Source of the DNA: Pseudomonadota bacterium | GTDB taxonomy: Bacteria; Pseudomonadota; Alphaproteobacteria; Sphingomonadales; Sphingomonadaceae | Reading direction: 5' to 3' | Assembly (NCBI GenBank): GCA_040388765.1 | Contig: JAZKBG010000005.1 | Span: forward strand, 17,045-81,044 | DNA: 64,000 nt | Shown: one piece after another, positions 34,718 through 44,208 of the stretch | Layout of the letters: the number at the start of each line of letters is the position of its first letter | How positions within the stretch are numbered: position 1 is the stretch's first letter | Program-made: the position numbers and the translations under genes | Notes under the pieces: generated by a model | What the model was told of the DNA's origin: nothing | Database searches by the model: none | What the model saw: only the letters and a program-made list of their open reading frames with translations

Positions 34718-35605
34718 CTATTCTCCCCCGACGCCGGCGTCGCGACCGAGCAGGAACGCCAGGTGGATACGGTTGAACGTGTCCGCATCCTCATATTGCG
34801 GCCAGTGCCCACACTCGTTCATCACGGCGAACTGGCTGCCCGGAATCATGTCGGCGATCTGCTTGCCTTCGACTGCGGTCGCGGTGGGATCATGCGAGGT
34901 CCACAACACCAGCGTTGGCGCCTTGATCGACGCATATTGTTCGGGCGTGACCATATTGCGCCGCCGGATCTCCATGTCCTGAAGGCACAGGATCTCGCGC
35001 ATCACAGCTGCGAAACCCGGCTGGCTGTAGATGCGCCGGCGCACCTCGACGAGATCGTCGGTGACCTTGGTCTTGTCGTGCATCAGCATCTCGAGGCGCT
35101 CGCGAATCATCGCAGGATCGGGATGCTCCACCGCCCGCATCGACAAGCGCCTGATTCGCTCCATCACCTCCGGGTGCGCGGTCCAGCCGCCCGCGGTATT
35201 GAGCACGACCCGGTCCACCGCATCCGGGTGGTTCACCGCAAGATAAGTCGCGATCCAGCCTCCGAGCGATTCGCCCGAGACGTGCGCCCGCTCGCGCCCG
35301 AGCGCTTTCATCGCTGCCAGCACGTGCCTCGCGTAATCGCAAATTTCATAACCGCCGGTCGGCTTGTCGCTCCAGCCATGCCCAACGCTGTCGATCGCCA
35401 CGGTCCAGAAGTGCTCCGCATGCGCGGCGAAGTTGCGCACAAAGGCTTCCGCATGGCCGCCGGTGCCATGGAGCAGCAGCAGCAGCGGCTTGTCGCTGTC
35501 GCCGGCGCTGATGAACCGCGTTCGGACACCGCCGGCGTCGATGAAGCCCTGGCGGAACTCGGTGGGACCGAGATCGGCCCAGATGCTGTGGTACGGCGTT
35601 TCCAT
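34718..35605 (-). CDS. Meta-cleavage product (C-C bond) hydrolase, MhpC/BphD-like alpha/beta hydrolase
   Basis: 295 aa. LLLLHGTGGHAEAF, nucleophile GESLGGW, C-terminal ECGHWPQYE. Confidence 0.85.
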   Translation of the reverse strand: METPYHSIWADLGPTEFRQGFIDAGGVRTRFISAGDSDKPLLLLLHGTGGHAEAFVRNFAAHAEHFWTVAIDSVGHGWSDKPTGGYEICDYARHVLAAMKALGRERAHVSGESLGGWIATYLAVNHPDAVDRVVLNTAGGWTAHPEVMERIRRLSMRAVEHPDPAMIRERLEMLMHDKTKVTDDLVEVRRRIYSQPGFAAVMREILCLQDMEIRRRNMVTPEQYASIKAPTLVLWTSHDPTATAVEGKQIADMIPGSQFAVMNECGHWPQYEDADTFNRIHLAFLLGRDAGVGGE

Positions 35606-35635
35606 TGGCGTATCCTGTTATCGTTGCTGCGGGGG

Positions 35636-36136
35636 TCAGGCGATGTTGTGATAGCCACCTCGCCAGTGGACGAGCGGCGGCCTGTCGTGGTGGCGCGCGT
35701 GCATTACGCGGCCCAGAAAGATCGCGTGATCACCGCCGGGAAACTCGGCGACCCTCTCGCATTCGATCCATGCGAGCGCACCCGGCAACAGGGGTATGTC
35801 TGCCATGCCGGTCGCCGCACGGAGCGCAGCGAAGCGATCGACCGGAGCGCAGAATCGCCGGGACACTTCCTCCTGGTCAGCGGCCAGGATGTTGGCCGCG
35901 AAGTGGCGCGCCTTGCTGAAAACCGCATAAGAGGGCGCGGTTCGACGCAGGCTCCACTGCACCAGCGGCGGATCGAGTGACAGCGAAACGAACGAACTGA
36001 CGGTGACGCCGTGGGGCGCGCCCTGCGCGTCCCGAGTGGAGATCACGGTCACACCACTGGCCAGGCACGCCATCGCGCCGCGGAACGAATCCGCGCTAAC
36101 GCAGGGTGAAGCCTGCCCCTCGGACCGGCCGTTCAC
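35636..36136 (-). CDS. NAD(P)H-flavin reductase component (HpaC-like)
   Basis: 166 aa. FRGAMACLASGVTVISTRD...HGVTVSSFVSLSLDPPLVQW. GTG start overlaps the hpaB-like stop (GTGA). Confidence 0.85.
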   Translation of the reverse strand: MNGRSEGQASPCVSADSFRGAMACLASGVTVISTRDAQGAPHGVTVSSFVSLSLDPPLVQWSLRRTAPSYAVFSKARHFAANILAADQEEVSRRFCAPVDRFAALRAATGMADIPLLPGALAWIECERVAEFPGGDHAIFLGRVMHARHHDRPPLVHWRGGYHNIA

Positions 36137-37620
36137 GCCCCCGATCCTGGCGCGGCCCCTGCGGGTTGCGGCTCCCCTGCCAGCGCCAGAGCCGCATCCA
36201 CCAACCGCCGGTAATCGGTGTCGTCAACCGCCAGATAGGTGCCGGCGATGTTGCGGACGGGATCGCCTGCATAATAGCGCTCATACTGGACGAGCCGCTG
36301 GCCAAACGCCTCGCCGGCCAGATCCCAGGCGAGCTTGAACAGCTTCACCCGATCGATCGACGGCAGCTGCGCGCCGGCATAATAGGTCGCGGTATCTCCG
36401 GCGATCTCCTCCGCCGCCAGATCGGCGCCCGACGGCATCAGCATGAACCCGCCGGCGCCGATCGTCTGGAGGATTTCGATCACGCGCGGATAGGCTTGCG
36501 GCAGCATCGTCCGCAGCGTCTGGAGCGGCGCGAGCGCAGGCCGGAGCGTACCGCTCGCGGTTCGCTCCGCCTCGACCTCGGCGCGTGCCAATCCGCTCTT
36601 GAGATGCTCGACATAGCCGATGCATTCCCCCAGCATGTGCTGCACATGCAGGAAGGTGTCGGCACCGATCGACCGGGCAACCGCCATGGCGAGGCCGGTG
36701 GCGAACTGCATTTTCGCCAAGGCGCGTGTATTGGTCTGGTACGCCGTGTGATTGCGGATCGCGGTGCGGAAATACATCTCCCCCGACAATTTAACGTTGC
36801 GGTAGCTGAAAACCCGTTGCCACGGCACGAACACGTCATGGAACACCAGAAGCGAGTCGTTTTCCTCGAACCGGGTCGAAAGCGGATGGTCGAACGAAGC
36901 ACGCTCCCCTGCGATAACGTAGGGCTGGCGGCAGATCTGGCGAAGGCCCGGCGCACTGGCGGGGACCGCGCAGATCAGCGCGTGGTCCTCGTCGCCGGGC
37001 TTCATCCCGGGCAAATTGTACAGCAGGATTTCATCTGCGACAGGCCCCAGCGTGGCGATCATCCGGGCGCCGCTGATGCGGATCCCGCCATCTTCCTCTC
37101 CGGTGACACGCAGATGAAGTGCGCCCTGTTCGTGGCTCTGTTTGGTGCGATCGTTCTGCGGCGGGACCAGCGCATGGCTGAGAAACAGGTCGTGGCGGCG
37201 GACATGATCGTAATACCACGCGACGCTGTCCGCATATCGCTCGCCGGCCTCGCCAAAGACGCTCCGGTCCTCCCAGAGCGCCAGTAGGGTGGTATTGAGG
37301 AAATCGGGGGACCGCCCGAGCAGGCCGAAGCTCGCCTCCGCCCAAAGCCTGAACCCTTCGCGCCGCCTGCGCAGGTCGTCGACGGTCTGCGCGGGCTCGA
37401 ACGCGATTCCGCAGCGCTCGCCGGTGACAGCGTCGAGCGCGGTCAGGCTGTCGCGATGCTCGAGCTGGTGCTGCATGTCATACAGCGCCGCAATCTCGCG
37501 CGCGACCGCGCAGAACGCCGGGTGATCGGCGACGTTGTCGACTCGCTGACCGCCAACCCATACGTCGCGCGGACTCGATCGCAACCCCTGCAGATACTCG
37601 GCCCCGGTCCGCACACCCAT
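36133..37620 (-). CDS. Two-component flavin-dependent aromatic monooxygenase, oxygenase component (HpaB / 4-hydroxyphenylacetate 3-hydroxylase family)
   Basis: 495 aa. N-terminus MGVRTGAEYLQGLRSSPRDVWVGGQRVDNVADHPAF and overall length are typical of the HpaB family. Confidence 0.85.
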   Translation of the reverse strand: MGVRTGAEYLQGLRSSPRDVWVGGQRVDNVADHPAFCAVAREIAALYDMQHQLEHRDSLTALDAVTGERCGIAFEPAQTVDDLRRRREGFRLWAEASFGLLGRSPDFLNTTLLALWEDRSVFGEAGERYADSVAWYYDHVRRHDLFLSHALVPPQNDRTKQSHEQGALHLRVTGEEDGGIRISGARMIATLGPVADEILLYNLPGMKPGDEDHALICAVPASAPGLRQICRQPYVIAGERASFDHPLSTRFEENDSLLVFHDVFVPWQRVFSYRNVKLSGEMYFRTAIRNHTAYQTNTRALAKMQFATGLAMAVARSIGADTFLHVQHMLGECIGYVEHLKSGLARAEVEAERTASGTLRPALAPLQTLRTMLPQAYPRVIEILQTIGAGGFMLMPSGADLAAEEIAGDTATYYAGAQLPSIDRVKLFKLAWDLAGEAFGQRLVQYERYYAGDPVRNIAGTYLAVDDTDYRRLVDAALALAGEPQPAGAAPGSGA

Positions 37621-37701
37621 CCACTCTCTCCCGCCGATCGAAACACCGTACCTGAGAGTATCTAATCCCGGGCGACTGGTTGCCCCAAGCCGAACTTCCA
37701 G

Positions 37702-37722
37702 ACTGTTCGTCTGGTGAACAGT
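37702..37722. promoter_or_regulatory. Candidate operator, 21-bp palindrome ACTGTTC-N7-GAACAGT
   Basis: Perfect 7-bp arms with a 7-nt spacer, abutting the iclR stop and about 80 nt upstream of the hpaB-like start. No U-tract follows, so a terminator is unlikely. Confidence 0.35.
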
Positions 37723-38501
37723 CAGTTGAGGAAACCGATTCTCGCTTCGAGCCGCTCGACGCAGTCGCGCAACGGCTGCAGAAACCGAGCGGCCGCGACC
37801 GCCGGCGTCAGCACCGAAGAAAAGAAAACGATGTTGACCGCACCGATAACATTCGCGTCTCGGCGCACCGGGAGTGCGATTGCGCTAGTACCGGATTCAA
37901 TCAGGCCATGGCTGGCGCCGAATCCATCCCGCCGCGCCTGCTCAATGGCCCGGGTAACTGCGCCATCAACTTCGATCTCACTAGCGTCTTCCCCCGCTGC
38001 GGCGCGCACCAGTTCAAGCGTTTGCGCAAGCTGCCCATCGTCCATTGCCGCCAGCATCGCACGGCCCAGGGCAGAGCGCAGCAGGGGGCGATGCTGTCCG
38101 ATGAGCCGGCGAAAAACCGTCATTGTAGTCCGCGGGTGCGTGGAAGCGGCGATCATCAGGCGCCCGTCCTTGATGACGGCGTAGTCGCTCGGCCAGCCGA
38201 TTCGGACGACAAGCACATCCAACTCAGACTGTGCGGCCTGCGGTTCAAGATCGTCTTGCCGAATCTCCAGCCCGATCCGTTGCACCTTCGGCGCCAGATA
38301 ATAGCGACCGTCGTCGCGGCGCACGGCGAACCCTGCCGCGGCCAATGTCGCCAGCAACCGATAGACGCTGGACCGGTCGATGCCGGCCCGGTTTGCGAGC
38401 GCGGTCGGCGATGACCAGCCCATGTCCGCCATCGCGTCCAGCAACGCAAGCCCGCGTTCCAGAGCCCGAACCTCTCGATAGGGACGGTTCGGCTCGGCCA
38501 T
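37722..38501 (-). CDS. IclR-family transcriptional regulator
   Basis: Start placed at ATG 38501 (MAEPNRPYREVRALERGLALLDAM), which avoids an 80-nt overlap with the TetR gene. N-terminal wHTH and C-terminal effector domain are typical of IclR. Confidence 0.85.
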   Translation of the reverse strand: MAEPNRPYREVRALERGLALLDAMADMGWSSPTALANRAGIDRSSVYRLLATLAAAGFAVRRDDGRYYLAPKVQRIGLEIRQDDLEPQAAQSELDVLVVRIGWPSDYAVIKDGRLMIAASTHPRTTMTVFRRLIGQHRPLLRSALGRAMLAAMDDGQLAQTLELVRAAAGEDASEIEVDGAVTRAIEQARRDGFGASHGLIESGTSAIALPVRRDANVIGAVNIVFFSSVLTPAVAAARFLQPLRDCVERLEARIGFLN

Positions 38502-38511
38502 CAGTATGAAG

Positions 38512-39117
38512 TCACTGCATCCGTTCGGGAAGTTCGAGAAGGAATTCCAAACAGACCTCCCGCTGCGCTCGAAAGGCCTGAAGTCCGACATCTCGGTGAA
38601 TGACGTTGACTCCGATGAGATGCGACAGCGCGAGCAGCGCGGCGGCGGCGGCGCGAGATTTGCTCATCCCCATGTCGCGGTAGATTTCGGCGATGATCGT
38701 GAGTCGCTCACTGTCGACCTCGGAGATGGCGCGGCGCGCCAGTTCGGAAGACCGCGCCCATTCGCGCAGCGCATGTTCGATCGTTCCGCCGGGGACGTCG
38801 CTGCGATCTTCCGATGCAAGTCCTAGAAGGTATGAGAGACGGTCGCGGGGTGTCTCGATCTTCGTGCGCACGAAGCGGCCCACCGCTGAAGTCAGGCTTT
38901 GCTGCCAGAACCGGAGCATTTCGCCCAGCAGCGCGTCGCGGTCCTTGAAATGCCAGTAGAAGCTGCCCTTCGTCACGCCCAGGGCGCGTGCCAGCACCTC
39001 GATGCGGACCTGCGCGACGCCACCATTCCCGACTTCTTGCAGCGCGGCCACGATCCAGTCGTGTTTCGACAGACGCTCTGACTGATCGGCATTTGCCTGC
39101 GCCTGTTGCTTTGCCAT
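38512..39117 (-). CDS. TetR-family transcriptional regulator
   Basis: Start placed at ATG 39117 (MAKQQAQ...). HTH VRIEVLARALGVTKGSFYWHFKDRDALL. Confidence 0.85.
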   Translation of the reverse strand: MAKQQAQANADQSERLSKHDWIVAALQEVGNGGVAQVRIEVLARALGVTKGSFYWHFKDRDALLGEMLRFWQQSLTSAVGRFVRTKIETPRDRLSYLLGLASEDRSDVPGGTIEHALREWARSSELARRAISEVDSERLTIIAEIYRDMGMSKSRAAAAALLALSHLIGVNVIHRDVGLQAFRAQREVCLEFLLELPERMQ

Positions 39118-39191
39118 GTAGACCGCCACCTCCGTTATTGCCTGGGCCGATATCGCAATCGTCGGCAAACCGGAATTACAATGACTCCGGG

Positions 39192-40163
39192 TCAAGCATT
39201 TTCCACATCGAGAACCAGCTTTCCAATGGTGCGCCCGCCTGCAAGTTCCGCAAGCCCCTCCTTGAGCGCCGCGAACGCCACTGTCGCGCCGATTATGGGA
39301 CGGATAGTTCCCTCTGCCAGTGCCGTGGCGAACCCCCTCTGTACCGCAGCGATGCCGGATGGATCAGCATCGAATTTCCAGAACACGCCCCGTGCCGACG
39401 CCGCCTTTACGAGCAGGCGGTTGGCGGGGATCGCGGGAATAGCCCCGCTGGCAAAGCCGACGATAAGAAGACGCCCGCCCCAGGCGAGCGCGCGGACGCT
39501 CTGCAGCGTGATGTCTCCGCCCACCGGATCCAGCACGACATCAATCCCGCCCGGCGCGATCCCGCGTAGCGTTTCGACCCAGTCGGCGGCGCGGTTGTTG
39601 ACGATGGCACTGGCACCGTTGGCGGTCGCCACCGCTGCCTTTTCCGGCGCGGCGGTCGCCGCGATGACGCGCGCGCCGGCGTTGCGTGCGAGCTGCGTCG
39701 CGGCGATGCCGGTGCCGCCCGCTGCGGCGTGTATCAGCACGCTCTCGCCCGCTCGCAAGCCGGCGGTGTCGAAGAGCGCGATCGACGCAGTTGTATAGGA
39801 GATCGGGATCGCGGCGGCCTGTGTGGGGTCTGTGCCCGGCGCGAGACGGATCAGCCGCGCAGCGTCCACTGCGCAATATTCCGCATAGGCGCCCGAGGTA
39901 ACCTGCGCCATCACCAGGTCGCCAACGACAAGATGTGCGAAGCCACCCGTATCGACGACCTGGCCGGCGATTTCCGCACCAAGGATAAACGGCGGATCGG
40001 TCCTGACCTGATATTCGCCGCGCACGCTGATGACGTCGGCGAAATTCAATCCGGCGCGCAGCACACGGACCAGCGCGCAGCCCGCCGGCACGACGGGAAT
40101 GCGAACGTCCCGGATGCTGACGCGGTCCAGCGTCCCATACCCCTCAACCACCCAAGCCTTCAT
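39192..40163 (-). CDS. NADPH:quinone oxidoreductase / zinc-type alcohol dehydrogenase-like (MDR superfamily)
   Basis: Start placed at ATG 40163 (MKAWVVEGYG...). AAAGGTGIAATQLA nucleotide-binding motif. The upstream 118 codons of the tracked ORF are Arg/Gly-rich read-through. Confidence 0.8.
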   Translation of the reverse strand: MKAWVVEGYGTLDRVSIRDVRIPVVPAGCALVRVLRAGLNFADVISVRGEYQVRTDPPFILGAEIAGQVVDTGGFAHLVVGDLVMAQVTSGAYAEYCAVDAARLIRLAPGTDPTQAAAIPISYTTASIALFDTAGLRAGESVLIHAAAGGTGIAATQLARNAGARVIAATAAPEKAAVATANGASAIVNNRAADWVETLRGIAPGGIDVVLDPVGGDITLQSVRALAWGGRLLIVGFASGAIPAIPANRLLVKAASARGVFWKFDADPSGIAAVQRGFATALAEGTIRPIIGATVAFAALKEGLAELAGGRTIGKLVLDVENA

Positions 40164-40244
40164 CGCGCCACCCTCCTGTTGCATCCAGCCATACGCACGG
40201 GTATGTTTTCGGGCAAGGCGCACCGACGTCAGGATATCGAGAGG

Positions 40245-41912
40245 ATGACGACCGCCATGACGACCTCCGCAACGAGCCAGCCCTGGGCCCGCTTCTATAA
40301 TCCGCGCGCCGCGGCGCTGGCGTCGCCCGACCCCATGCCGCTGTCCGTCCTGCTCGATCGGGCAGCGTCGACCTTCGGCGCGCGCCCATGTTCGTCGTTC
40401 GCCGAGGAGAGCTTTAGTTACGCGGAGGTCGCTGCCTTCGTGGAGGACCTCGCCGCCGGTTTCGCCGCGGCGGGCATCGGCGCAGGCGACAGGGTCGGCT
40501 TCCTCGCCCCGGCCCATCCTTCATTCACCGTCTTCACCTTCGCCCTGTGGCACGTCGGCGCAATCGGAGTCGGGCTGAACCCGCTCTATTCCGTCAGGCG
40601 CCTTACCGACCAGGCCAACGATGCTGGACTGAAGGCGATCTTCACGCTCGACGATGCAGCGCTGCTCGGCAAGGCGGCCCAGATCCGGCGCGCGTCGGCG
40701 GTGAAGCCGACGCTGATCGCGACGAGCGCGCGCAGCGGCGATCCCCACGCGCCCGCATCGGTTGGCAACGGCGAAGGCACGCTGACCACTGCTGCCATCA
40801 TGGCTGGAGCGGGCCGGGTCGCACGCGCCACGGTCGACCCGCTCACGCAGCCGGCGGTGCTGCAATATACCGGCGGCACGACCGGCGCGCCCAAGGCAGC
40901 GGTGCTGACCCATGCGAACCTGTCGGTCAACGTCGTGCAGATGCACAGCTGGTTCCCCGAACTGAGGCCTGGTGCGGAATCCGTGCTCGCCGCAGCACCC
41001 GTCACGCATGTGTCGGGCGTCGGACCCATCCAGAACTTCATGGTCAACATTGCAGGCGAGATGGCCTGGATGCCCCGGTTCGACGCCGACGCGGCGCTGG
41101 ACACCATCGAGCAGCGGAGGATTACGTTGCTGTTGGCGCCGCCGACCATGTTCACCGCGCTGCTGCATGCCGCGGAAACGCGCGGCAAGTTCGACTGGTC
41201 GTCGCTGCGCAATGCGCAATGCGGCGCCGCGCCGGTCTCAGTCGAGCTCAAGAAGCGATTTCGCGACGCGACGGGCCTGACGATCACGACCCTGTATGGC
41301 ATGACCGAAACGTCGCCCGCAGCGATCTATTCCTCACCGACCCCGCATCATGAGCGAGCAACCGGTATCCCTCTGCCCTTCACCCAAGTGGAGGTCCGCT
41401 CGACGAGCGATCCGTCGATCCGCATGGCAACCGGTGAGCCGGGCGAGATCTGCATCCGGGGGCCGCAGGTCATGCCGCACTACTGGCAGCGCCCCGATGC
41501 GACCGCGCAGGCGTTCGTCGACGGCTTCTTCCGCAGCGGCGATATCGGCACCATGGACGCCGACGGCGCGGTCACGGTGTTCGACCGGCTGAAAGACGTG
41601 ATCATCGCCAGCGGCTACAACGTCTATCCTGCCGATGTGGAAAGCGCGGTCCTGAAGCACCCCGCGGTGCGCGAAGCCGCAGTGATCGGGGTACCCTGCG
41701 CCTATCGCGGGGAGACCGTGAAGGCGATCGTCAGCCTGCGCGACGCCGCCGGACTCACGATCGAGAATCTGCGGCTGTTCCTGGCCGACCTGCTGTCACC
41801 GATGGAAATCCCCAAATTGCTCGAGATCGTCGACGAGATCCCGCGCAACGAGAACCTGAAGATCTCACGCCTCGCGCTACGCGAGCGCGAGGCCCGGCGA
41901 CGCGAAGGCTAG
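40245..41912 (+). CDS. AMP-dependent acyl-CoA synthetase/ligase (second copy)
   Basis: Start placed at ATG 40245 after GAGAGG. AMP-binding motif LQYTGGTTGAPKAAVLTH. The C-terminal region has the GEICIRGPQVM and GDIG patterns. Confidence 0.85.
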   Translation: MTTAMTTSATSQPWARFYNPRAAALASPDPMPLSVLLDRAASTFGARPCSSFAEESFSYAEVAAFVEDLAAGFAAAGIGAGDRVGFLAPAHPSFTVFTFALWHVGAIGVGLNPLYSVRRLTDQANDAGLKAIFTLDDAALLGKAAQIRRASAVKPTLIATSARSGDPHAPASVGNGEGTLTTAAIMAGAGRVARATVDPLTQPAVLQYTGGTTGAPKAAVLTHANLSVNVVQMHSWFPELRPGAESVLAAAPVTHVSGVGPIQNFMVNIAGEMAWMPRFDADAALDTIEQRRITLLLAPPTMFTALLHAAETRGKFDWSSLRNAQCGAAPVSVELKKRFRDATGLTITTLYGMTETSPAAIYSSPTPHHERATGIPLPFTQVEVRSTSDPSIRMATGEPGEICIRGPQVMPHYWQRPDATAQAFVDGFFRSGDIGTMDADGAVTVFDRLKDVIIASGYNVYPADVESAVLKHPAVREAAVIGVPCAYRGETVKAIVSLRDAAGLTIENLRLFLADLLSPMEIPKLLEIVDEIPRNENLKISRLALREREARRREG

Positions 41913-42229
41913 GCAGGCACCACCACGTGCAGCACGCCGTCGATGCGGCGGAGAGCGTAGGTGGCGACCGGCTCGGTGACGGGAAAGGCGAGCGGCGCTC
42001 CGCTCCGGATGTCGAATCGCCCCGAGTGGACCGGACATTCGATCTCGAACCCTTCGAGCCAGCCTTCGGCCAGAGACGCCTGGCCGTGGCTGCACGTGTC
42101 GGCGATGGCGTAAAACGCGCCATCCATGCGGAAGAGCGCGACCGGGCCGGTCGCTGGCGAACACAGGCGGCGGACGCCGCCATCGGCCATGCCGTCGGCT
42201 TCGGGGACGGCAATAAGCACTTCACTCAT
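41909..42229 (-). CDS. Rieske-type [2Fe-2S] ferredoxin (electron carrier for ring-hydroxylating dioxygenase)
   Basis: 106 aa. CSHGQASL...CPVHSGRF (CxH...CxxH). Size and layout of BphF/CarAc-type ferredoxins. Confidence 0.85.
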   Translation of the reverse strand: MSEVLIAVPEADGMADGGVRRLCSPATGPVALFRMDGAFYAIADTCSHGQASLAEGWLEGFEIECPVHSGRFDIRSGAPLAFPVTEPVATYALRRIDGVLHVVVPA

Positions 42230-42244
42230 GAAAGGATCTTTCGA

Positions 42245-43273
42245 TTAGGCCACGCGGGCCTTGAGCATGTCGAGCGCGACGTCGACGATCATGTCTTCCT
42301 GGCCACCGACCATCTTGCGACGGCCGAGTTCCACCAGGATCTCGCGAGTATCGAGACCATATTCGAGAGCCGCTTTTTCGGCATGACGCAGGAAGCTGGA
42401 ATAGACCCCCGCATATCCCAGCGTCAGGGTTTCGCGGTCGACCCGAACCGGCCGATCCTGGAGCGGGCGGACCAGTTCCTCTGCGGCATCCATCAGCTTC
42501 ATCACGTCGCAGCCGTGTTGCCATCCCTTACGATCGATCGCAGCGATGAACACTTCCAGGGGCGCGTTGCCGGCTCCAGCGCCCATCCCGGCCAGGCTGG
42601 CGTCGATCCGCACCGCGCCTTCCTGGGCAGCGACGATCGAATTGGCGACGCCCAGCGAGAGATTGTGGTGCGCGTGCATCCCGCGCTGAGTCTCCGGCTT
42701 GAGCACACGGTCATACGCACGGAGCCGATCGGCAACCCCGTCCATGTCTAGCGCACCGCCCGAATCGGTGACGTAAACGCAATGCGCACCACAGTTTTCC
42801 ATCACCAGCGCCTGCTGCGCGAGCGCCTCGGCATCGATCATGTGGCTCATCATCAGAAAGCCCGACACGTCCATGCCGAGGTCGCGCGCGATCCGCATAT
42901 GCTGACGGGCAACGTCCGCCTCGGTGCAGTGCGTTGCCACGCGCACTGAGCGGACGCCGAGATCGTAGGCCCGTCGCAGCTCGTCCACCGTTGCGATGCC
43001 GGGCAGGATCAGCGTGGTCAGAACAGCATGCTCCACGACGTCAGCCACCGCTGCGATCCATTCCCAGTCGGTCTGCGCCCCGAACCCATAGTTCAAGGAA
43101 GCACCCGAAAGACCGTCGCCATGCGCGATCTCGATTGCATCGACCCCCGCTTCGTCGAGTGCCCTGCCGATGGCCCGGACATGATCGAGCGTGTACATGT
43201 GGCGCACGGCGTGCATGCCATCGCGCAGCGTCACGTCCTGGATATAGAGGCGCTGATCGGGATTGCGGGTCAT
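42245..43273 (-). CDS. 4-hydroxy-2-oxovalerate aldolase (MhpE/BphI/DmpG type)
   Basis: 342 aa. [17 protein letters not shown] start motif, [16 protein letters not shown]. Confidence 0.9.
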   Translation of the reverse strand: MTRNPDQRLYIQDVTLRDGMHAVRHMYTLDHVRAIGRALDEAGVDAIEIAHGDGLSGASLNYGFGAQTDWEWIAAVADVVEHAVLTTLILPGIATVDELRRAYDLGVRSVRVATHCTEADVARQHMRIARDLGMDVSGFLMMSHMIDAEALAQQALVMENCGAHCVYVTDSGGALDMDGVADRLRAYDRVLKPETQRGMHAHHNLSLGVANSIVAAQEGAVRIDASLAGMGAGAGNAPLEVFIAAIDRKGWQHGCDVMKLMDAAEELVRPLQDRPVRVDRETLTLGYAGVYSSFLRHAEKAALEYGLDTREILVELGRRKMVGGQEDMIVDVALDMLKARVA

Positions 43274-44208
43274 GCCGCCACCGTCCGAAGCTTGCGCGCG
43301 GCGATTGCGTCGCCCGTGGCCTGGGCCGACGCTGTCATGATGTCGAGATTGCCCGAGTAACTTGGCAGGTAATCGCCCGCACCCTCCACCTCGAGATAAA
43401 TCGCCGTCTTCAGGCCAATAAAGTCTTCCTGTCCTGGGATCAGGAGCGGCCGGTTCGCGCCGTACCGTTCGAATTGCACTTCTTGCTTGAGCCGGTAACC
43501 GGGGACGTAACGCTGCACCGCCGCCACCATCGTCGCGACCGAAGCGCGCACCGCATCTTCGTCCGCCATGTCCGACAGCGTGAACACAGTGTCGCGCATG
43601 ATCATGGGCGGCTCTGCCGGGTTCAGGATGATGATTGCCTTGCCGCGCTCGGCCCCGCCAACGACTTCGATGGCGCGCGCCGTCGTGCGCGTGAATTCGT
43701 CAATATTGGCGCGCGTTCCCGGCCCCGCCGAGCGAGACGATACGGACGCGACGATTTCGGCGTAGCGAACCCGCGCGACCCGGCTGACCGCGGCGACCAT
43801 CGGGATTGTCGCCTGACCACCGCAGGTCACCATGTTGACGTTCGGTGCGTCCTGGTGCTCGTCGATGTTGACCGGCGGCACCGTGAACGGACCGATTGCT
43901 GCCGGCGTCAGATCGATCACCTGCTTGCCGTCACGGCTCAGAACCGCGTCGTGATGGCGGTGCGCATAGGCGGAGGTCGCATCGAACACGATCCCGATGT
44001 CCGGGTAGGCGTCCATCCCTACCAGTCCGTCGATCCCGTCGTGAGTGGTCGCCACGCCTCGTTCCCTTGCCATCGCGAGCCCTTCCGAGCCGGCATCGAT
44101 GCCCACCATAGCGACCAGTTCCATATTTCCCGGCCGTTTCAGCATCTTGATCATCAGATCGGTGCCGATATTGCCCGAGCCGATTATGGCTGCCTTGATT
44201 CTACTCAC
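43270..44208 (-). CDS. Acetaldehyde dehydrogenase (acylating) (MhpF/BphJ/DmpF type)
   Basis: Start placed at GTG comp(44206..44208) after AGGAGA, giving [25 protein letters not shown] overlap with the CoA ligase stop. The rest of the tracked 630-aa ORF is out-of-frame overlap with the ligase gene. Confidence 0.9.
   Translation of the reverse strand: MSRIKAAIIGSGNIGTDLMIKMLKRPGNMELVAMVGIDAGSEGLAMARERGVATTHDGIDGLVGMDAYPDIGIVFDATSAYAHRHHDAVLSRDGKQVIDLTPAAIGPFTVPPVNIDEHQDAPNVNMVTCGGQATIPMVAAVSRVARVRYAEIVASVSSRSAGPGTRANIDEFTRTTARAIEVVGGAERGKAIIILNPAEPPMIMRDTVFTLSDMADEDAVRASVATMVAAVQRYVPGYRLKQEVQFERYGANRPLLIPGQEDFIGLKTAIYLEVEGAGDYLPSYSGNLDIMTASAQATGDAIAARKLRTVAA

Noticed and set aside
39729-40244. 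Long upstream extensions of the convergent/divergent ORFs 39729-41912 and 39192-40517, which would overlap each other by about 800 nt
   Set aside because: Family homology begins at MTTAMTTSATSQPW (40245) and MKAWVVEGYG (40163). The extensions are mutual antisense read-through.
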